DNA of 59,554 nucleotides from a virus: IMG/VR virus record IMGVR_UViG_3300045988_097246; one strand, 5' to 3'. Both the position numbers and the translations under genes were made by a program. Below are positions 27,678-36,085 of this stretch, piece by piece. Below the pieces are notes generated by a model. It did no database searches, was not told the origin of the DNA, and saw nothing but the letters and a program-made list of their open reading frames with translations. Position 1 is the stretch's first letter. Every line of letters begins with the position of its first letter.

Positions 27678-27688
27678 AAGGAGCAGTA

Positions 27689-28279
27689 ATGGAGAGATTA
27701 ACAAGTAATAAGCTGGCATCTGATATGAATGTACTTGAATTGGCATATAACAGCTGTTATGCAGATAAAAACCATAATGCAAGGTATAGAGATTATGAAC
27801 TTGATATTGACAGTCGAGAACTTATTAAAAATCTTGCTAAAGATATGTGCGATGAATTTTTATTCGATATGTCAGATGAAGAATTTGATGAATATATGGC
27901 TGAAATGTTGTCAGTTGAAATGGATAGTCAGATAGGATTATTAGCTTTATTCTATCGTAATTTATGGGCTATGGCTGATTTAAGAGAAAAGCTGAAAGAT
28001 TACGAGGACTTAGAAGAACAAGGCAGACTTCTGAAACTGCCTTGTAAGGTAGGAGATACAATATATGCTGTTGGCGAAATAGTAAAAGAATACAAAGTAA
28101 TAAGCGTGGGTTATCCTAGCAATAAAGCAACTAACAGAAGCAAATTTTGCATTGAAACATTGCCTGTCAATGGCTCAAGAGTAGTTGTGGCTTTTTATGA
28201 TAAGGAATTCGGAAAGAATGTATTCCTTACAAAATCGGAAGCAGAAGAGAAACTCGAAGAATTGAGAGGTGGAGAATAA
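27689..28279 (+). CDS. Hypothetical protein, paralog of 35747..36058
   Basis: Shares a 28-nt identical start region (GAAAGGAGCAGTAATGGAGAGATTAACA). Also shares ...YEDLEEQ.RL.KLPCKVGD...FLTKSEAE.KL.EL. Confidence 0.55.
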   Translation: MERLTSNKLASDMNVLELAYNSCYADKNHNARYRDYELDIDSRELIKNLAKDMCDEFLFDMSDEEFDEYMAEMLSVEMDSQIGLLALFYRNLWAMADLREKLKDYEDLEEQGRLLKLPCKVGDTIYAVGEIVKEYKVISVGYPSNKATNRSKFCIETLPVNGSRVVVAFYDKEFGKNVFLTKSEAEEKLEELRGGE

Positions 28280-28659
28280 TGGCGCAGTGGAATTGTAATA
28301 CAGTACCTAAGTGTGAAGATAAATGTTGTTCTGATGAAGTTTTGGTAACGGTAGAACACATAGGATATGGCGGAAAACTTTATAGGAGAGTGGTTAAGGC
28401 GGTTTACTTTCCATATCATCATTGCACTGTTGAAGATATGGGATGGAATATGCGTGATGGTGTTCCTGATGATTGGGAATATTGTGAAGAACAAGATACA
28501 TGGTGGATTCCGCAAGGCTGGTATGAAGTGTGTGATTACTTTGAGGACTATTCCTATTCGCAAATTACAGATTGCGTAAAGGCTTGGATGAAGTTACCCA
28601 AACCATATGAATCAAGAGTTAAAGAGTTTGGAGGTGGAGAAAATGAAAGTAATAATTGA
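28279..28659 (+). CDS. DUF551-like protein
   Basis: A Cys/Trp-rich protein ending in ...WMKLPKPY, similar to 37275..37649 (WQPLPKPY). Confidence 0.4.
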   Translation: MAQWNCNTVPKCEDKCCSDEVLVTVEHIGYGGKLYRRVVKAVYFPYHHCTVEDMGWNMRDGVPDDWEYCEEQDTWWIPQGWYEVCDYFEDYSYSQITDCVKAWMKLPKPYESRVKEFGGGENESNN

Positions 28660-29023
28660 CATACCTAAAGATTTTACAGGAGATTATATTGCTGACAAAT
28701 TCAAAGATTTCTTTTCGAGGGTTATTGCGGATATTGATTGCAGAGGTGCGTGTGGTAGATACGAGAAGGAAATTGCTGAAATGTTTTTAAAGGCATTTGA
28801 CGATAGTGAAGAAAAGATTTCTTGCAACTGCCAGCACAACAGCAATCCAAGAGATAATGAGCCTTGTTGCAGATGTGACAGCAGAATGACTAACGCTGAC
28901 AGGATTAGAAATATGACAGATGAAGAGTTAGCAGAGTTTCTTGTCGGATTTAAAAACACATTTGGCGGGGAATACGAGGGAGAAGCTAGTTGTATGGAAT
29001 GGCTTCAATCAGAAGCGGAATAG
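28643..29023 (+). CDS. Hypothetical Cys-rich protein, paralog of 36086..36577
   Basis: GGAGGTGGAG RBS. Shares TNADRIRNMTDEELA and the C-terminal WLQSEAE with the second copy. Confidence 0.55.
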   Translation: MKVIIDIPKDFTGDYIADKFKDFFSRVIADIDCRGACGRYEKEIAEMFLKAFDDSEEKISCNCQHNSNPRDNEPCCRCDSRMTNADRIRNMTDEELAEFLVGFKNTFGGEYEGEASCMEWLQSEAE

Positions 29024-29032
29024 GAGATAAAT

Positions 29033-29320
29033 ATGGAAAATACAGATGCTAGAGTGCTACTACAACATATTTACAATACTTATGGTTATCAAATATCAAA
29101 AAACTTTAAGGATAATGCCATTCGAGACGCTTTTGAATTAGCAGACAAGGCACTTGAACAGCAGATACCGAAGAAAGTAAAAAACAGTGGAGAGAGAATT
29201 CCGTTTGAATGGTATTGTCCTACTTGCGGAGAAATATTGTGTGATGATGGCTACAAAAATACCGACATCAAATATTGTGAGCAATGTGGTCAGGTATTAG
29301 ATTGGAGGGATGAACAATGA
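29033..29320 (+). CDS. Zinc-ribbon protein
   Basis: AGGAG RBS. Motifs CPTCGE...CEQCGQ. Confidence 0.55.
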   Translation: MENTDARVLLQHIYNTYGYQISKNFKDNAIRDAFELADKALEQQIPKKVKNSGERIPFEWYCPTCGEILCDDGYKNTDIKYCEQCGQVLDWRDEQ

Positions 29321-29601
29321 GATTGATTGACACAGATAAATTATTAGAACTGATAAAAGACCAGAAAGAAAGAGAGATAGGAGCATACGCAAAAGGCATA
29401 AATGCTGGTCTGAATATTGTAAAGAGTATTATCAATGATGAAACACAAACTCCAACCGCCTATGATGTAGATAAGGTTGTGGAACAATTAAAAACGGACT
29501 CTTTAATAAAACTATATGGAAGCGGTAACAGTGATAATTATCTCATTCCTGTTAAAAGAGCAATCGAAATAGTAAAGGCAGGTGGAATAGATGAACGATA
29601 G
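29317..29601 (+). CDS. Hypothetical protein, paralog of 37636..37932
   Basis: Both start MRLID and share QPTAYDV.KVV.Q and VKAGG. Confidence 0.5.
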   Translation: MRLIDTDKLLELIKDQKEREIGAYAKGINAGLNIVKSIINDETQTPTAYDVDKVVEQLKTDSLIKLYGSGNSDNYLIPVKRAIEIVKAGGIDER

Positions 29602-29956
29602 ATATTTATTTAAGGCAATAGATACTAATTCTGTATGGCGTACAGGCTTACTTATAGCTTTGAAAGGCAATAGATGTGCAATTGAAGAAAGTGACGGAAG
29701 CAAATGGGCGTGTGACGCTAAAACTCTTTGCCAGTGTACTGGCTTGAAAGATAAGAATGGAAAACTGATTTGGGAGAATGATATTGTAAAAATAAATAAT
29801 AGCAAGGTGAATACGGTTATAACATTTAGAGATTTTGAAATTATATGTACAATTCCTAACGAAAAATATTATAAGCATAGGCTTGAGTATGATACTGAAT
29901 ATGAAGTTATCGGCAACATATTTGATAACCCGGAGCTGTTAGAAAGTGAGGAATAA
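29591..29956 (+). CDS. YopX-like protein
   Basis: ...CQCTGLKDKNGKLIWENDIV...IGNIFDNPELLE is the YopX pattern. A paralog is at 36842..37273. Confidence 0.65.
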   Translation: MNDRYLFKAIDTNSVWRTGLLIALKGNRCAIEESDGSKWACDAKTLCQCTGLKDKNGKLIWENDIVKINNSKVNTVITFRDFEIICTIPNEKYYKHRLEYDTEYEVIGNIFDNPELLESEE

Positions 29957-29958
29957 AC

Positions 29959-30417
29959 ATGGCAAAGATATTTAGATTTAGCGGCTATTTAGTTGAAAAT
30001 AGCAATATAGAGGATTTGGAAAATGTCAAATACAGACTAGGACTTATTAAAAGTGAATATGACGATGTTATACAGCAGTTACACATCGAAGAAAGTGAGA
30101 AGTTTGAAGCTAAAGAAGAACTGGAAGAAAATTGTGACCTTGCATTATTGACAAGACATTTTAAAGGTTTTTGTGATAGTGCTTACAACTTTGACCGACC
30201 TATTCCACAGACAGGTGAAAAATATAGACATTTTAAGCAGGGCAAAATAGTTAATATCATTGGGATTTGCAGACACACAGAAACCGCAGAAATTTCAGTG
30301 GTGTACGGTTGTGAAGGGCAAGTTTGGAATAGACCTCTTGAAATGTTTATGAGCGAAGTTGACAAAAAGAAATATCCTGATGCGAAGCAGAGATATAGAT
30401 TTGAGGTGATTAAGTGA
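29959..30417 (+). CDS. DUF1653-like protein
   Basis: ...YRHFKQGKIVNIIG.CRHTET.E..VVY......VW.RPLEMF matches the DUF1653 pattern. Confidence 0.5.
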   Translation: MAKIFRFSGYLVENSNIEDLENVKYRLGLIKSEYDDVIQQLHIEESEKFEAKEELEENCDLALLTRHFKGFCDSAYNFDRPIPQTGEKYRHFKQGKIVNIIGICRHTETAEISVVYGCEGQVWNRPLEMFMSEVDKKKYPDAKQRYRFEVIK

Positions 30418-30614
30418 TACCCGAATGTGTAAACTGTAAAAATCTCTTTACTTGCACGATAAAGGATAAACCGAAAAATGAAGCGTGCGTAATGTTTGAA
30501 GAGAGAGACAAGGATAAATCAGAAGCTAGGAAAAGATTTGAAGAAGAAATGCAAGGCTTTTCTGAGTTGACTGTAGAAACATTGAAAAGGTGGAAACGAA
30601 AAAATGGACAATAA
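30414..30614 (+). CDS. Cys-containing small protein
   Basis: GAGGTG RBS; GTG start; motif CVNC...C...C. Confidence 0.45.
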   Translation: MIPECVNCKNLFTCTIKDKPKNEACVMFEERDKDKSEARKRFEEEMQGFSELTVETLKRWKRKNGQ

Positions 30615-30795
30615 AAAAGAAAATAAATATTGTGAATGGCGAATTGTTGATACACCGCACGGAATGCCTATTTACAATACAGGCTGTGGAAAAATAAGGC
30701 TTAGCTGTGCGACAGGTATTGATATTTACTGCAATGCTTGTGGCAGAAAAATCAAGATTGTTGATGATATGAAAGCAGGTGAAAGCGATGAATGA
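30604..30795 (+). CDS. Zinc-ribbon protein
   Basis: Motifs C..W...CGK...CNACGRK. Confidence 0.5.
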   Translation: MDNKKENKYCEWRIVDTPHGMPIYNTGCGKIRLSCATGIDIYCNACGRKIKIVDDMKAGESDE

Positions 30796-31027
30796 GAGAG
30801 CCCATAAGGCTGGTTTTAGCCTAACAAGAAAAATGTTAGAAGAAAACAGAAAAGCTGGGTATGAACACGGATATTCAGTTGGTTATAACAAGGCTGTTGA
30901 TGACACTATAAAATCCATTAAAGAAGAATATGCCTTTACAATCTTGGAAGAAGAAAAGATTGACGAAATAGCCGAACAGTTGAAAGGAGCAAAACAGAAT
31001 GAAGATTTTAAGCAAGAAGAAATATAA
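30788..31027 (+). CDS. Hypothetical protein
   Basis: AGGTGA RBS 5 nt before ATG 30788. Confidence 0.45.
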   Translation: MNERAHKAGFSLTRKMLEENRKAGYEHGYSVGYNKAVDDTIKSIKEEYAFTILEEEKIDEIAEQLKGAKQNEDFKQEEI

Positions 31028-31274
31028 TAAACTCATTGAAGATTTTGAGAAATCGCAGAAAAAGGTCGAGGAACTCAAAAGGATAAATGAAAGCCTTGGA
31101 AAAAAGTTAGAGGATAAAAAGACAAGTTGCAAGCTGAATAATGGTAAGGATTTCTGCTTTAAATGCCAAAACTCTTACAGATATAAGACATATTGGGGAG
31201 TAACAGAAGTTGAGCGGTGCGGTTGCTTACTTGATATTCCTTGCGAGAGCTTTGAAAGAAAAGAAAGGAAGTGA
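30999..31274 (+). CDS. Coiled-coil and Cys-rich protein
   Basis: AAAGGAG RBS. Motifs CFKCQ...CGC...C. Confidence 0.5.
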   Translation: MKILSKKKYNKLIEDFEKSQKKVEELKRINESLGKKLEDKKTSCKLNNGKDFCFKCQNSYRYKTYWGVTEVERCGCLLDIPCESFERKERK

Positions 31275-31280
31275 TTCAGA

Positions 31281-31496
31281 GTGAAAAGAAATGATTGCAT
31301 AGAGGTATTAGACCACTTAAAAGAAAAGCTGAAAGAAAAGGATATAATTGCCGTACAGGATAGTGAAGATGATTATAAATGCCCTGTATGCGGTCAGATT
31401 TTTACAGGAGAAGAGATTATTAAATACTCTTACAAGTGGTGCTATAGCTGCGGTCAGAGAGTAGATTTTACTCTTCCGAGAAACAGATTTAACTAA
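31281..31496 (+). CDS. Zinc-ribbon protein
   Basis: Motifs CPVCGQ...CYSCGQ. Confidence 0.5.
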   Translation: MKRNDCIEVLDHLKEKLKEKDIIAVQDSEDDYKCPVCGQIFTGEEIIKYSYKWCYSCGQRVDFTLPRNRFN

Positions 31497-31499
31497 CTA

Positions 31500-31520
31500 A
31501 AAATCTAAGAAAGGAAATAG
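31500..31520 (+). repeat. Conserved intergenic element, copy C (AAAATCTAAGAAAGGAAATAG)
   Basis: The same AAAnCTAAGAAAGGA core occurs at 32335 and 38415. Confidence 0.6.
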
Positions 31521-31523
31521 TCC

Positions 31524-32336
31524 ATGAGTGAGAAAATGAAACATATTCCTCATATTAACTCTTATGAGGATATAAGAAAAGAAATGAACAATGACTTGCG
31601 ATATAGACTGAATAGCAGAAAAGAGAGAACTTCATTGGGAGTTCCACTTTACTATCGTATCAATGTTCAGATTATAACAACACAGGAGTGTCCATATAGT
31701 TGCCCATTCTGTTTAGAAAGGCAGAACCCTATGGCAGGAGAAAATGACTTTGACAAGCAGATTGAATCATTGAAAGCAGTTTTGAGCGAACACCCTAAAG
31801 CGAGACTTACAATAACAGGCGGAGAGCCGGGACTTTATCCACAGCATATTAAACAACTTGTAGATACATACAATGAACTTAGCAACAATGTTTTTTGTTC
31901 TGTAAACACGGCAGGATATACAAGAGAGTTAAACGGATTATGCCACATAAATCTGTCTCATAACGATTATGTACACGCAAATCCGAGCAACTTCCCTAAC
32001 TGTACATTGCAGACTGTTGTGGAAAATCCAAGTATAGATTTTATAAAAGAATTTATGCACAAAGACGCTGACAGCTTTTCTTTCAGATTTTTAAGCGGAC
32101 TTGAAAAGAAGGACTATCCAGTTGATATATGGAATGATTTGCAGAACGACAAAGAGATTGATATTCATACCTTTAGAATTGGTGACTTTTTTGTGTATGC
32201 TACATTTAACTATCGTTGCAAGCACGCAAGATTGACTTTGGGCGATATGTGGCAGCAGAGAAACAACGATTACAAAGATGGATATTCAAACATAATTATT
32301 CATCCGAATGGAGTTATAGGAACAAACTGGAAATAA
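31524..32336 (+). CDS. Radical SAM protein (function unknown)
   Basis: CPYSCPFC is a CX3CX2C motif. LTITGGEPGL is a GGEP SAM-binding motif. 270 aa, with no SPASM-like second Cys cluster. Confidence 0.75.
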   Translation: MSEKMKHIPHINSYEDIRKEMNNDLRYRLNSRKERTSLGVPLYYRINVQIITTQECPYSCPFCLERQNPMAGENDFDKQIESLKAVLSEHPKARLTITGGEPGLYPQHIKQLVDTYNELSNNVFCSVNTAGYTRELNGLCHINLSHNDYVHANPSNFPNCTLQTVVENPSIDFIKEFMHKDADSFSFRFLSGLEKKDYPVDIWNDLQNDKEIDIHTFRIGDFFVYATFNYRCKHARLTLGDMWQQRNNDYKDGYSNIIIHPNGVIGTNWK

Positions 32337-32381
32337 ATCTAAGAAAGGAATAGGTTGTGCGCACATAAAACCGAGGTTTCC
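32335..32381 (+). repeat. Conserved intergenic element, copy A, with a 3-codon mini-ORF
   Basis: AAATCTAAGAAAGGAATAGGTTGTGCGCACATAAAACCGAGGTTTCC. The mini-ORF is GTG CGC ACA TAA (32357-32368). Confidence 0.55.
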
Positions 32382-32396
32382 TTTTGGTGATTTGAG

Positions 32397-33125
32397 ATGA
32401 TAGTACATTGTTTATTTGAACAGTCAGGCACATTCAAGAACGCTTTCAAGAAGTATGGAATTAAAGCCTATGACTATGATATTTTGAATGAGTTTAACCA
32501 GACAGACTATATTATTGATTTGTTTGCAGAGATTGAGGGGGGGTATCAAGGTGAACCGAGTTTGTTTGACAAGATAAGTCCTGATGATTTGATATTTGCA
32601 TTTTTCCCTTGCATAAGATTTGAGAATCAAATAATGCTGTGGTTTAGAGGGCAGTCAGCAAGTCAAAAAGGATGGTCTTTAGAAAAGAAATGTGAGTTTG
32701 ACATGAATTTGCTTGAAGAAGTTTTGCATATGTATAGCCTGGTAAATAAAATGTTTATTATTTGCATGAGAAAAGGGTTGAAGCTAGTAATGGAAAATCC
32801 TTATTCAGAGGAACATTTTTTAAGACGATATTGGTGCTATTCTCCGGCGGTAATTGATAAAGATAGAAGAGATAGCGGAGATTACTTTAAAAAGCCTACA
32901 CAGTATTGGTTTTTGAATTGCGAGCCACAGAACAATCTTATTTTTGAGCCAATTAGCTATAACGCTATCGAATGCAAGGACGCAATAAGAACAATGACAA
33001 AAGAACATTATGCAAAAACAGGGGCAGATAATAAGAAAACGGCAAGGTCAATGATACACCCGCAGTACGCGGATAGATTTATTAGGCAATATATTCTTGA
33101 TGAAGCAATATGGAGAAAGGAGTGA
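32397..33125 (+). CDS. C5-cytosine-methyltransferase-like protein (divergent)
   Basis: LFEQSGTF resembles motif I, FAFFPC resembles motif IV (PC), and LVMENP resembles motif VI (ENV). Confidence 0.5.
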   Translation: MIVHCLFEQSGTFKNAFKKYGIKAYDYDILNEFNQTDYIIDLFAEIEGGYQGEPSLFDKISPDDLIFAFFPCIRFENQIMLWFRGQSASQKGWSLEKKCEFDMNLLEEVLHMYSLVNKMFIICMRKGLKLVMENPYSEEHFLRRYWCYSPAVIDKDRRDSGDYFKKPTQYWFLNCEPQNNLIFEPISYNAIECKDAIRTMTKEHYAKTGADNKKTARSMIHPQYADRFIRQYILDEAIWRKE

Positions 33126-33129
33126 CTAT

Positions 33130-33537
33130 ATGGATTGTAACAATTATTCTTGTAGCAGACAGATGGATATATTTGATTTCTTAGAAGATAAGAACAATAT
33201 AAAAGAGTTTAACCATTTGAAAGCACTTGCTTTATGTGGTACAGGAATTCCAGGTGGAATGAAAAGCATAGCAGATTATTTTCTTGAAAATCATAATTTG
33301 AGAGAAAAAGTTGCGTTTTTGAAAAACGAATATGGGACAGGCGGTTTCGGTTCGCTAGTTAAAAAGCCTTGCTATATACATGGAATGTGTACGGCTACTT
33401 CACAGAAGCTGATTGAATATGAGTATTACGATGAAGATATGCAGGACATAAAGAAATATTGTAGTTGGGTTGACTTGGCGAATGTTATTACAGAAATGGT
33501 TGCAAAAGATGAATATGTTTATAAGGACGGTGATTAA
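33130..33537 (+). CDS. Hypothetical protein with LKNEYGTGG motif
   Basis: AAAGGAG lies 7 nt before ATG 33130. The motif recalls domains found next to methylases in conjugative-element polyproteins, but the similarity is weak. Confidence 0.3.
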   Translation: MDCNNYSCSRQMDIFDFLEDKNNIKEFNHLKALALCGTGIPGGMKSIADYFLENHNLREKVAFLKNEYGTGGFGSLVKKPCYIHGMCTATSQKLIEYEYYDEDMQDIKKYCSWVDLANVITEMVAKDEYVYKDGD

Positions 33538-34320
33538 ATGGCAATTTACAGAAATGTACGCTTATCGTTTTGGACGGATAATAAGGTGATAGATGATTTC
33601 ACGCCCGAAGATAAGTATTTTTACTTGTATCTGCTGACGAATCCGCAGACAAATTTGTGCGGTTGTTATGAGATAAGTTATAAAAGCATGAGTGAAGATA
33701 CAGGATATAACAAAGATACTTGTTTGAGGTTGTTGAAAAGATTCGACGAAGTACACAATGTTATCAAATTTAATGAGAGTACAAAAGAAGTGCTGATTCT
33801 GAATTGGTATAAATATAACTGGAGCAGCTCGGCAAAGACTTTGTCAGGGGTTATGGCTACAGCGAAACACATAAAGTGCGAAGCCTTTAAAAAATATGTG
33901 TTATGTGTAGTTGAAAGTGTAAAAAATGGTGATAAAGAGCCAGTCAGATACCCCATAGAAGCATCTGTATCTGTAGCTGATACTGTTACTGATTCTGTTT
34001 CTGAAACTGATACTGTAAAAGAAAGCAAGTCAGAAGATATAAAAAGGATAGTTGACTATCTGAATGAAAAGTGTGGAACGCATTATAGATACAATACAGC
34101 AAATACAAGAAAACATATCATAGCAAGATTTAACGACGGATATGCAGTTGATGATTTTGTGCAGGTGATTGACAAAAAGACAGGTGAGTGGATGGGAACG
34201 AAATTTCAGCAGTATTTACGACCCGATACTCTGTTTGGGAATAAATTTGAAAGTTATCTGAATCAGCAGATTAAACAGAAAGATAGCACAAAAGAATTTT
34301 TGGGCGGTTGGGGGTTGTAG
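33538..34320 (+). CDS. Replisome organiser / replication initiator (DnaD-like N-terminus plus conserved phage C-terminal domain)
   Basis: N-terminal YRNVRLSFWTD...FYLYLLTNPQTNLCGCYEIS. C-terminal IVDYLNEKCGT.YR....NTRKHIIARFNDGY...DF..VID...W....F..YLRP.TLFG.KFE.YL. Confidence 0.75.
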   Translation: MAIYRNVRLSFWTDNKVIDDFTPEDKYFYLYLLTNPQTNLCGCYEISYKSMSEDTGYNKDTCLRLLKRFDEVHNVIKFNESTKEVLILNWYKYNWSSSAKTLSGVMATAKHIKCEAFKKYVLCVVESVKNGDKEPVRYPIEASVSVADTVTDSVSETDTVKESKSEDIKRIVDYLNEKCGTHYRYNTANTRKHIIARFNDGYAVDDFVQVIDKKTGEWMGTKFQQYLRPDTLFGNKFESYLNQQIKQKDSTKEFLGGWGL

Positions 34321-34323
34321 CTT

Positions 34324-34926
34324 ATGACAGAAAAAGAAGTAAGACAATTACTTGCCATGACACAGGCTGTATACCCTAACTACAATCCACCCAGCAGAGA
34401 AGCGGCGGTAAATGCGTGGCTTATGTGTTTAAGCGAGTATGATAATAATGTTGTCATGGCGGCATTTAAAGCATACATGACTACGAATACAAGTGGTTTT
34501 GCACCTGCACCGGGGCAACTTATAGAAATATTACAGACTTTGACACAGCCGTCTGAGCTGAACGAACTGGAAGCGTGGTCGCTTGTCAGACAGGCATTAA
34601 AAGATTGTAATTACAATTCGGAACAAGAGTTTGCAAAGTTGCCGACAGTAGTGCAAAAAGCTGTCGGGACACCGCAACAGCTCAGAATATGGGCGAGTGA
34701 TACAGAGTTTAATGAAAATGTTGTGAGCAGTAATTTTATAAAGACATATAGAACAGAGGTCAAGCGAGCAACAGAGTTAAATAAAATGTCTAGTGATGTA
34801 AGGAAACTTATAGAAATGGTAAACACAAATTCTGCATCGGCTCAAATAGCAAGTGAAAATAAAAGGACTATATCTTTATCACTTGAAGATAAAAAAAACA
34901 GAGGAAACAGGCAAAATGGAAGTTAG
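34324..34926 (+). CDS. G39P-like helicase loader
   Basis: EVRQLLAMTQAVYPNY...AVNAWLMCLSEYDNNVVMAAFKAYM resembles the G39P 'loader and inhibitor of G40P' N-domain. Confidence 0.55.
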   Translation: MTEKEVRQLLAMTQAVYPNYNPPSREAAVNAWLMCLSEYDNNVVMAAFKAYMTTNTSGFAPAPGQLIEILQTLTQPSELNELEAWSLVRQALKDCNYNSEQEFAKLPTVVQKAVGTPQQLRIWASDTEFNENVVSSNFIKTYRTEVKRATELNKMSSDVRKLIEMVNTNSASAQIASENKRTISLSLEDKKNRGNRQNGS

Positions 34927-35009
34927 AAACAGTGTTCCTATGCCTGAGAAATATAAAAAAGAATTTGGCATTAAATAATGAGTTTAAGGAAAGGAGATGA
35001 ACCGCCGTT

Positions 35010-35387
35010 TTGATTAGTTGGGATATAGTTACAAAGTTAATGAATTGTTTTCCTAATAGCGTTATAAATCATAACGCAGAGTTTATAGCACATATTAAAA
35101 GCAATACATATTTTGGATTAAAAGATTGTGAAAATGAAACAGATGTAAAGTGCAAAATGTTGGAATGGCTATCAAGACCTGCACACAAGGCAGAACCATA
35201 TAACACTAAACGGAGCAATAATGAATTTCACAGATTTATACTTAGCGGTGTAAATCAGTTTTTGGAAACCGATTTTACCGAGAAAGATATGGAGCAGATT
35301 TATACATATCTTGGAAACAGGTGCAACCATGCCAAAACATTGAAGTTTATTGAAAGTGGGTATGATATGTCGGTTTTGAAAGATTAA
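35010..35387 (+). CDS. Hypothetical protein (start uncertain)
   Basis: TTG 35010 lies 14 nt after AAAGGAG. An alternative start is ATG 35040. Confidence 0.4.
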   Translation: MISWDIVTKLMNCFPNSVINHNAEFIAHIKSNTYFGLKDCENETDVKCKMLEWLSRPAHKAEPYNTKRSNNEFHRFILSGVNQFLETDFTEKDMEQIYTYLGNRCNHAKTLKFIESGYDMSVLKD

Positions 35388-35462
35388 AAAATTCTAGTGA
35401 GTGTCCGTTTTAGAAAGGAGATTATATGTCAAGAGTTTCTTTTTGACAGATTGGAGGTGCGA

Positions 35463-35720
35463 ATGAGAAACTTTTATAGCGGTATCAGTAATGATAAAAC
35501 ACAATTTTTGATAAATATGAATTGGTATAATGATAATGATGTAGAAGCCTGTTTTAATCTTAGTAAAAATTTTCATGGATTGCCTAAAAAATGCAGTATT
35601 GAAAAAAATGATTTTGAATTAGTGTATTTAAAATTTGAATGGATTGGTAATACATATTATCCACAAGAAAGTGATAAAGACGAAGGACAGCCAATTAGGG
35701 TATATAAAATCAAGATGTAA
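35463..35720 (+). CDS. Hypothetical protein
   Basis: GGAGGTG RBS before ATG 35463. Confidence 0.5.
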   Translation: MRNFYSGISNDKTQFLINMNWYNDNDVEACFNLSKNFHGLPKKCSIEKNDFELVYLKFEWIGNTYYPQESDKDEGQPIRVYKIKM

Positions 35721-35746
35721 ATAATTAAAGGCAGAAAGGAGCAGTA

Positions 35747-36058
35747 ATGGAGAGATTAACAATGAAAACAGAAGATGGTTACGAAAGAGTAAGCATATGG
35801 ACGAAAAATCAGCAATTGATTGACAAGTTAGCATATTATGAGGACTTAGAGGAACAGGACAGACTTGTTAAACTACCTTGTAAAGTTGGAGATGATGTTT
35901 ATTACATCTTAGGGATTCCAAATGAAACACCATGTGCAATAGATAAGTGTACATTTGAGTTATCAGACATAAACAAAATTGGCAAAACATTATTCCTTAC
36001 AAAATCCGAAGCAGAAGCAAAACTGAAAGAATTAAACGAGAAGAACCAAGAGTTATAA
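35747..36058 (+). CDS. Hypothetical protein, paralog of 27689..28279
   Basis: 28-nt identical start region, plus a shared C-terminal domain. Confidence 0.55.
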   Translation: MERLTMKTEDGYERVSIWTKNQQLIDKLAYYEDLEEQDRLVKLPCKVGDDVYYILGIPNETPCAIDKCTFELSDINKIGKTLFLTKSEAEAKLKELNEKNQEL

Positions 36059-36085
36059 AACAGGTAAAGAAAGGTGGAAAAACAT

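Noticed and set aside
30414-32336. RiPP-type cluster (small Cys-rich peptides upstream of the radical-SAM gene)
   Set aside because: The radical-SAM protein lacks SPASM/twitch auxiliary cysteine clusters. The upstream small proteins look like ordinary zinc ribbons with paired CxxC motifs rather than leader-core precursors. No protease or transporter is present.
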